From Octopus vulgaris (lineage: Eukaryota): a stretch of DNA of 64,000 bases. Shown in pieces: positions 54,217-64,000 of this stretch (positions are counted from its first letter, which is position 1; each line of letters opens with the position of its first letter). Location of the stretch: positions 73,966,001-74,030,000 of the forward strand of contig OX597828.1 of the NCBI GenBank assembly GCA_951406725.2, given 5' to 3'. Position numbers and translations under genes: made by a program. The notes beneath the pieces are model-generated. The model was not told the DNA's origin. It did not search any database and saw nothing but the letters and a program-made list of their open reading frames with translations.

Positions 54217-55704
54217 TGTTTCTTTATTGGCGACACAGGGCTGAACACAGAGGGGATAAAATACAAAGTAGAGCTTTTCTTTTGGGAAAGGAAAGAAAAA
54301 AAGGTGGGTAGAATTTCGATCAAAAGGGATCGTTAAAAGAAAGCTGGGAAGCCGATCAATAGGCATCGTGTATCACTTAAATGTCATACGGTAAAATGGG
54401 AAATAGATTAGGTTTATCCGTGGAAAGAAAAGCCTACGGAAAAGACCACGGTAATCTCGGGCAATAATGTCATGCAAAAAACATATCACAGTGACTCTCC
54501 TTTTTCCTTTCTTTTTCAGGTTCATAGGATTATGCTCAAGGTGGCTCCGTCATTAACACGTGCTTCCTTGCTACATTCACCCATCATTTTTTAAGCATTC
54601 ACTAGACAAAACTACCCTCTCTACTCTCCCCTTCTTTTTCAAGTGATACTTGAAAACGTTGATGAGAGATTGACCAGAGAGGAAAGTGTTTGTCTCTAGA
54701 CCTTTCAGACGCATACACCATACACATTCTTTCTCCATTGCCACAAGTATGATGAAAATGGCTCTTCCTTCCCATTTCAAGGAAAGAGGCGTGACAATAT
54801 TCACGATAGACTTGGTTGATAAACGACAGCAGTCGTTCGACATAGGCCCACAGGTCGGAAATGGTTGGACACTGTACGAGTGCGTACAAAACGGTTTCGT
54901 CGCTCTGACCGCATCTCGGGCAGGTCGGCCCCGTGTTTCTCGAGCCGTGTCTGTAGAGCTTATCCCGAAAAGGTAGCGCTTCTCGGTAGCACTGCCAGGC
55001 CAGGGATCTCTGGACGTTGTCCATAAGTCCTGGCCCGAAAGTCGTTCTGAACAGGTGGGTCAGATATTCCACGTCGACGCCCAGGTTCGCCCCAAGATCG
55101 TCGTCGTACCTCCCCTCCACTAATCCCCTATAGAATGCTTTGGTTGTGTTGAAGTCGCTCAAGATCGACCCGGGATGGCATAGTTGCGTGAGAGCAACGC
55201 GACACTCTCGGTGCCATTCGCCTTTCCTCGGCCTCTTTTTGATCCACGACTGCAGTTCGGTCATGGAGACGAGTTGCGGGAAAGCGTGCCTCACAAACGG
55301 CGACCACACCTGTTCACCGTCGTCTACGAAGAGCCTGAGATGTCGCAGTCTCAGCGCGTGTCTGCACATCATCAACCACGGCATGCCCAGTCCTCCTTTT
55401 AACGGGTGTTGACAGCAAATGAATCACCTTACCATCGGGACGCATCCTTTCCACAAGAAGCGAATGAGAATGCGTTCTAGTTTAGTGATGGTAGGGTCGG
55501 GACAAGGCACGACGGTCAGGCGGTAGTAGATGAGGGACGCGATGTACGAGTTCGCCACCTCCGCCCGACCTTTTAGAGACAGTTTGCCGGGCGGGAGTGA
55601 CCACCCTACTCGTTATCTCGTTCCAGTTCTTCTCCGTTTGGATGTTCGGACCAAACCAGGAGAAGAACTTGAACGAGATAACGAGTAGGGTTGTCACTCT
55701 CGCC
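54217..55704 (-). mobile_element. L1/Tx1-type LINE, 5'-truncated, with snap-back inverted 5' end
   Basis: ICCQHPLKGGLGMP..RHALRLRHL..QRSLAWQCYREALP.RDKL..CPRCGQSDETVLYALVQCP (C-terminal zinc knuckle). The 3' end adjoins (TATC)n and a short GATA run follows the 5' end. Confidence 0.88.
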
Positions 55705-55747
55705 ACAGACAGAAGGATAGATAGATAATGAGAGATATGAATATATT

Positions 55748-55786
<39 letters not shown>

Positions 55787-56320
55787 ATAGGTATAGATAT
55801 ATCCAGATGTACATGTAAGAGTGTTTACGTGAGAATGGGTATATATATATAAATATGTGTGTGTGTGCATGTGCGTACATTTGTGTGCAAGTGTCCGAAA
55901 CTATATACATATATATACACACACACATGCACACACATTTATATACTCAGTTAGATTGATAGACACATTGACATGCAGACAGGCATACAGACAGTTTGAG
56001 ACATAAGTACATAGATCAGAAGAAAAGGTAGGACATATGGACACATGCATATATATGCATGTGTATGTGAGAGAGAGGGGGAGAGAGGGGATAGAGAGGG
56101 ATAGAGAGAGTATGTGTGTGCGTACGCGCCCGTGTCTGTGTGTGCCTGTGCATCTGTGTGTATTGACACACATGCAATGATATTCATGCCTATATACATT
56201 TGTGTATATATGTATGTATATATATATATAGTATCTGTGAATGTACGTTTGTATGGTCATTGAATCCATAATTTAATATCGCTTTTTGAGATCACATACA
56301 TGTAGACAAAATGTGTGTGT

Positions 56321-56378
<58 letters not shown>

Positions 56379-56685
56379 CTGCATGTGTGCGTGTTTGTAT
56401 GTATCTGTGGATGTCTACGTGTGGGTATATATAAATGAATAAGTGATGAACCAGCTGTTGTTGAGAGTAACTAAAATACTTCTGTGCTAAGTAGAAAACT
56501 GGAATAAATTCTTGAAAAATCACCTCCGAGAATCAGGATGGAGAAAAAAATTCATAGAGACAAGGAGAAGCTGAACGGAAATCGTTTTTATTTCAGATAA
56601 GTTAGTCTTCTTCGAATGAAAGAAGAAGAAGAACATGCCGCAAAACACCCAAAACACCCAAAGTATTAAAACATATGTATTGTAT

Positions 56686-56742
<57 letters not shown>

Positions 56743-56757
56743 GGAGATGTATATGTA

Positions 56758-56805
<48 letters not shown>

Positions 56806-56969
56806 CGTATGTATGTATAAATATATATATTTGTATATACGTATTTGCAGATATATATATACATACTTACAATCAAATACATATGTAATACATAAACATA
56901 AAATGGTATAATATATTATATAATATACATTATATATATATTTATGTATATATACGTATGTATACGTAA

Positions 56970-57023
<54 letters not shown>

Positions 57024-57052
57024 GTATGTATACGTACATATGTATGTATATA

Positions 57053-57094
<42 letters not shown>

Positions 57095-57321
57095 CATACA
57101 CACAAATATATATATGCATACATACATATATACAAACATCTGCCCATACATATATACGTCAGTGTGTGCATGTATGGCTTGTGTGTGTGTATATATATAT
57201 GTGAATACATGGACGGAAATACTTCCGTATTTATATTTCACCAATACGCATTAGTACAATACCGCATGTAAATGGCATCATATATATGCGTATATACACA
57301 TATGTATATATACATCTATGT

Positions 57322-57438
<117 letters not shown>

Positions 57439-57811
57439 TTGTATACGTTTATATATGCGTTTTTGTTTGTTTATAAGCAAGAACATTCTTATATACATAT
57501 ACCAGCATGCAACGATTAATGCGCCCTAGGATCCAATGCGACAGCTCCTAATTATTTATATCGCATATATGCAAATAGGAGGATTATTTGCATATAACAG
57601 AACTCTCGTATAACGTCATATGGCTTCTTGTTGTAGCTGCCGCCATTGGACATCTACTCGACGGAATGGTAAAAAAAAGGAGACCCTTTGTCTTACAATA
57701 TGGAGCCCACTGGGTAATTAAACGACCACGAGGTTTCTTGGACGGCCTTACTAGCTGAAACTCAATATTGTACGTGGATATAGATAGATAGAGAGGAAGA
57801 GAGAGAGAGAC

Positions 57812-57883
<72 letters not shown>

Positions 57884-57943
57884 AGAGAGAGAGTGATAAA
57901 AAGAGAGGGTACCAAAGGGAGAGGGAGGGAGAGAGAGAGAGAC

Positions 57944-58034
<91 letters not shown>

Positions 58035-58079
58035 CCCTGATTGTGTGTCAGGAATATACATGCACAAATATATACATGC

Positions 58080-58110
<31 letters not shown>

Positions 58111-58199
58111 ATTGTATAAATATATATGTGTGTGAGTGTATAAGTACATTTGTATTGTAGATATATTTGCATATATATAAACATACATCCATGCATATA

Positions 58200-58239
<40 letters not shown>

Positions 58240-59130
58240 ACATAGACATACTAATAAATACACACAAAATACACACATATATATAGAGGTAAAGATATAC
58301 AAGCATACATGCATATGTATGTATATTGAATTTAATATATATGTGTGTGTGTGTATGTATGTATACCTACATACATAGATGCATGCATGCTTCGCGTACG
58401 TAGATACAAAGTATACATACTCGCATACAATCATACATATATATATATGCACACATACAGATATATACATCAAATCAGCAAACAATTGCTGTTCTCTGAA
58501 CTGAGCTCTCCTTGTGCCTGTCCACCATGACCATCGCCTGAGACTCCATACATATATGTTGACAAAATTGCGCACGTGCTAGTTAATATGCTGAAAGGAA
58601 TGCCTTACGGCATAACATGATTTTAGTTCAATTCCTATCGAGGCCAGCGTTGCTTTCCATCCCTTCGGGGGTCAATAAGTAGCTGTACTAACGTTAGGAC
58701 GGTGCAGTTTCAGAATTATTGGAACGCACGATGCGAAGCTTTGCAATATTTCTTCCGGATCTTTGTGTTCTGAGCATAAATTCCAGGGTGGCAGATTTTG
58801 TTCGTGGCCATGTTTAATGCAAGAATCTGGCTCTCCGGGCCACTCAGTTGCATGGATAAATTTGGAGGGAGGCAGAATTCTGGTTTTTAAAATACCTTCC
58901 TCCCACCAACACCCCATCATTCGCGAAGTTCATTTAAAGAGTCATTGATGCGGTATTTCCTCGTGTTTTAGCGGTAAAAATAGCAGTTAAATCGTCACGA
59001 AATTACATTTTTCAGTCTTGAAACAAACTTGAAACATTGGGTGATATTATCCTCCAAATGTTTGAAAACCGAAGAGATGGCCGCAAATAGAACGCCTATG
59101 ATCATAGGTCTAGTCGAACAAGGATGTTCG

Positions 59131-59220
<90 letters not shown>

Positions 59221-59357
59221 TATATAATAGCGTTGTTATAGCGACGTATACGCATTTTATGACTTTACGATCTGGTTTCAAATCCTTCCCAAGTCATTTT
59301 TGTTTTTCAGGGTCTTGATTCTTCTTTCAACCATCCATCCCTTTCCCTCTCTCTCTC

Positions 59358-59390
<33 letters not shown>

Positions 59391-59795
59391 TACACACACG
59401 CACACGCACACACGCACACGCACACACGCACACGCACACACGCACACGCACACACATGATTATGTCTTGTAAACTTGTAAATGGGCGCCATATTAACAAC
59501 GACGTTTATGATAAGGATTAACATGATGCGCCGGACAAAATTCCCGACGATATTTGTTCCGGCTTTTTTATGATTACAGTTCAAATCCCGCTGAGGACCA
59601 CTTCTCCTCTTCATCCCTCCAGAGTCAACGAAATAAAATACCAGTCACTTCCTGGCGATCGATATAATCGACTAAATCTTTTGCCTTCACAAAATATTTG
59701 CTGTTCTACTGATGAAAAGTGTAGGAGGGGAAGCAGACGAGAAGAGAGAGGGGAAGATATCAATAATTGACAGTGATGATGATACAGCTCAAACA

Positions 59796-59826
<31 letters not shown>

Positions 59827-59844
59827 ATTGTTGTTGTTGTTGTT

Positions 59845-59928
<84 letters not shown>

Positions 59929-59929
59929 T
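59131..59929. repeat. (GTA)n, (CT)n/(CA)n, (TGT)n/(TAT)n microsatellites with a degraded family-B SINE (~59520-59690)
   Basis: Directly visible. Confidence 0.85.
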
Positions 59930-60200
59930 ACTTTTAATCTGCATGTCTGTTACAATCACTTGCCGAGCCACATTCCAGCTTCCTGGGGCGAGTGAGGTAT
60001 AAGGGATGGTACAGTATGACTGAAAGTTTGGAGAGGAGTAGTAGCGAAATATCTTCACGTAATACAACACACATTTAAATTCATACGATTTTTCTAAGCA
60101 TGTCGGCAGTACTTGTCATCATAAACTTTTCGATTTCTCTGAGACATGGTTCTCCTGAGATATAATCGACGTGTTTTTGAAATCCATTTCTTATCGTACA

Positions 60201-60279
<79 letters not shown>

Positions 60280-60833
60280 GAGTGAGAGAGCAGTGCATGC
60301 CATCAAAGTGACACTGGGGTAAGATATACGAAGCCCAGTATACTCATTATGACTGCCCGTCTGATAAGGGTACACCAGGTACATGCATCACAACCGAATG
60401 TGCGCGACATAGAGATCTCCTATCAAGATAAACAGCGTATGACCTTGCAGGTTGAGCCCAGTTAGAATTTTCTTCTGGTCGAGTAACCCATCCTGCTCAA
60501 AAGGTTCCCGAATAAGGGTTGTTTAAGGATATTGAACGAAACACCCATGTTTCTAGTGGTGAATTATTCAAACCCCAAAGAATTCCTCTCAAAATATGGC
60601 TATGATGCTCCCCCACTACTTCTGCACGTGGTCAGAGATGCACATATCGTCAGCCACTAAGGGACATGGTCAACTGGTTAAGGTCAAACAACTGACAAGC
60701 AAATCTGTGTTATTGCGCAGAATATTTGCTGTAGCCCATCTTTTATACCAAGACAAAACAATTTACATGATAACACTTCCAATCAGTTAAGATCAAAAGC
60801 CATGACAGCCACTATCTGGTACTGCATCAGGGC
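60280..60833 (-). mobile_element. (TAA)n-associated non-coding element, copy 3 (longest, 554 bp)
   Basis: Flanked by long (TTA)n on both sides. It has no ORF, TIR or recognisable tRNA head. Confidence 0.87.
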
Positions 60834-60973
<140 letters not shown>

Positions 60974-60992
60974 CATTATTATTATTATTTTA

Positions 60993-61042
<50 letters not shown>

Positions 61043-61515
61043 GCTGTTGTTATTACAATAAGGATGATGACGATGACAGCAAGTGTAATAATGATGCGCT
61101 GACGACGGTGGGAATGAATTCGATGCTTGCGTGGATGGTTGCAACGATTGCGACGCCATGATGATGACGATGGCGGTGGTGATGTGATGGAAACGACAAT
61201 GGTAATAGGATGACGAGGAGGACGTTGACAGAAATGACGAAGCTGTGTGTTAAGCATTTCACATAGAAAGAAATTAAATGGCGATCTGATCTACTTCACT
61301 AAACTTTAACTTAATGAAACAACTCGAGAAATATTCCATCAACAAACACACCTACGGCAAAGTTAAGACAGAAGATTGGATATCCCATGATTCATCATTT
61401 CTGCATTTATTTAGATAAAAATGCAATAAATATATAAATAAATAACGTTGCTTTGTAAATTGTCACAATGTAGCGCGAAATCCGACACTCGATTGATGGT
61501 TGTGTGGATTCCTGT

Positions 61516-61545
61516 TCTTACCTGCAGGGAGAAATCAGTGAGAAT
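61516..61545 (-). promoter_or_regulatory. Candidate recursive (AG|GT) splice site
   Basis: Minus strand reads TTCTCACTGATTTCTCCCTGCAG|GTAAGA: branch-like motif, pyrimidine tract and acceptor immediately followed by a consensus donor. Confidence 0.35.
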
Positions 61546-61993
61546 TTCCAAATAATAACAAGAGGTACTTTCAAAAACAAAGATGGTTGAGAGAGATAGA
61601 TGTTAGTTAAAATATATTCACAACGTCGCTCATAGAAACACACGAAAAGCATACTTTTGTTGCAAATAAATAGAAATTAAAGTTATTTTAGTTTTCTATT
61701 TCACAATTTGAAAAACAATAACAAATGTTTTGCAGGTATTCGTTTGTTGCCTTTTATTTTTTTTATTTATTTATTTTTTTTTTTTGTTTTGTTCAGAGTT
61801 TACGTTGTGGTTTTTCCTTTACAGTTTTTTCATTTGTTATTTTTCCGCATTTTCTGTTTAGGTTCATTATCGCTGACACACTCTCACACAAACATACACA
61901 TACACACTCACGTATATATATGCATATGTATACATGCATACATATGTGTGTGTATATATATATATAAATACAAATGAGCGCGTGTTGTGTTTG

Positions 61994-62038
<45 letters not shown>

Positions 62039-62375
62039 GTAAGTGTATATATATATATATCTGTATATATATATGTATATATATATATATATGTATATAT
62101 ATGTGTATATATATATTTATATATGTATGTATATATATATGTATATGTATGTATATATATTTATATGAATTTGTATGTATATATATGTATATGTATGAAT
62201 ATATATGCATATGGGTTGTAATATACATGCATATATGTATATATACATATATAAACATGTATATTTACATATATATGCACATACATACGTAGGTATAAAA
62301 TATTCCCACTAACAAATGTATATGTATACACAGACATGAGCATATATATGCGGGTATGTATTTGTGTGTGTGTGA

Positions 62376-62418
<43 letters not shown>

Positions 62419-63014
62419 CGTGAGCGTTCGTGTGTGTATGTATACATTCATGAAGCTATACGTTCCAACAATTGAATATATTTCATGAAAACAAATATAA
62501 AGTATAAATTTTATTGCAAAGTAGACGAGATGGTTGATATATATACACATGTGTGTAATTTTGAATGTATTATCTATGTATGTATATAATTCCTTAACAA
62601 AATAAGCATTAAAATGTGTCGTCTAAGTTACAGCAGAATTTATGTCGTTTATATATTTTTTGTAAAATATATTTAATTGCTAAAGTGAGCAGAAACTGAA
62701 TTAACGAACGAACTTAATCTGAAGTAATTACTGAACTTTTTGTAATGATAATAATTATGACAATCCTTCTTTGATTGGCCTCAAGGGCCATTGCATAACG
62801 TATTATGCAGAAGGTGTTGCAAAACATTTGATGCACATATATGTCAGAATAGGTTCGTTTTTAAAATCGTAATATTATATGAAACACGGGCCAAGAATTT
62901 AATTGTAAAGAATGGGAAATAGCGGCGGCGGTGGGGTTCAAGCGGTGAGTGGGGTGGATGAAAGTTATACAAAGTTGTTGGAAGATGGCGGAGAAAAATG
63001 GTATACAATGTAGG

Positions 63015-63173
63015 TTCAGGCGTGGCTGCGTGGTAAGACGTTGGCTTCCCAACTACGTGGTTCTGGGTTCGGTCCACTGTGTTGCACCTTGGGCAATTGT
63101 CTTCCAGTATAGCCTTGGGCCGACCGAAGCCTTGTGAACGGATTTGATAGTAGGAGATTGAAAGAAGTCTGTC

Positions 63174-63180
<7 letters not shown>
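63015..63180 (+). mobile_element. SINE family A, 5' half
   Basis: 'gtggctgcgtggtaag..gggttcggtcc..ccttgggcaa..gggccgacc.aagccttgtg'. Confidence 0.8.
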
Positions 63181-63211
<31 letters not shown>

Positions 63212-63616
63212 ATAATAATATTAGTGAATAAATCCAAACTTACAGGGAAAAATTAGATTTAGGATTAAATCCAATTTTATAGTATAAATATATTATATTA
63301 TATTAAATTAGAGATAAAACCACTTATTAGGCAAATCAAACAATGAAAAACATAAGCCAATACATAAAATTAATTTAAAAATATAAAAGTTGAAAATTAA
63401 AAAGTTATTTAAATAATTTAAACTTATAAATTTTAAATATATATATATATGTATGTATGTATATTTTTATATTTATATATTATTTTATTTATTAATTATT
63501 TAATTTATATATTTATTTATTTATTTATTTTAATAAATATATATATATAAAATTTTTACAAATATATATATATATATATATGTATATGAAATTATATATG
63601 TACATATATGTATACG

Positions 63617-63674
<58 letters not shown>

Positions 63675-63682
63675 TGTGTGTG

Positions 63683-63823
63683 TAGCTTGCTTACCAATTG
63701 CATGGTCCCGGGTTCAGTCCCACTACGTGGCACTTTGGGCAAGTGTCTGCTACTATAGGCTCGGGCCGACCAAAGCCTTGTGAGTGGATTTGGTTGACGG
63801 AAACTGAAACAAGTAAAAGAGTA
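63683..63823 (+). mobile_element. SINE family A with internal deletion
   Basis: The head is joined directly to the tail at 'ggaaactgaaacaagtaaaagagta'. Confidence 0.8.
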
Positions 63824-64000
63824 TATATAATTATATATATATACAGAGAGAGAGAGAGAGAGAGAGATTTATATACATGTATATGTACGTATGTATATGT
63901 ACGTATGTATATGTACGTATGTATATGTGTGTTTACATATATATATATAGATATACGTACATATACATATACGTAAAGATATATATATATATATATATAT

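Overview
This is AT-rich eukaryotic non-coding DNA, either intergenic or inside a very large intron, and I found no supportable host protein-coding gene. The SINE, LINE and microsatellite make-up looks like an octopus (coleoid cephalopod) genome; that assignment is from recall of these repeat types and was not verified. Most ORFs in the supplied track are microsatellite translations. The real coding remnants are all transposable elements: a ~3.1 kb disrupted R4/Dong-type RT + restriction-like-endonuclease (REL) LINE with tandem or truncated relatives, two L1/Tx1-type 3' fragments, a CR1 3' fragment, an internally deleted mariner and a probable degraded RTE. Non-coding elements include many tRNA-type SINEs, two non-autonomous Helitrons, a HINE-like element, MITEs/foldbacks, and three copies of a ~550 bp non-coding element that sits only in (TAA)n. 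The most notable signal is about ten type-I hammerhead-ribozyme (HHR) motifs of the Penelope-like-element (PLE) type, from mostly unrelated sequence families. Two lie in mismatch-free head-to-head palindromes inside (TA)n whose axis sits at the ribozyme's 5' edge. Other notable signals are a LINE with a snap-back 5' end, a SINE carrying a LINE 3' tail internally, a Helitron that split a SINE target-site duplication, and a candidate recursive splice site.
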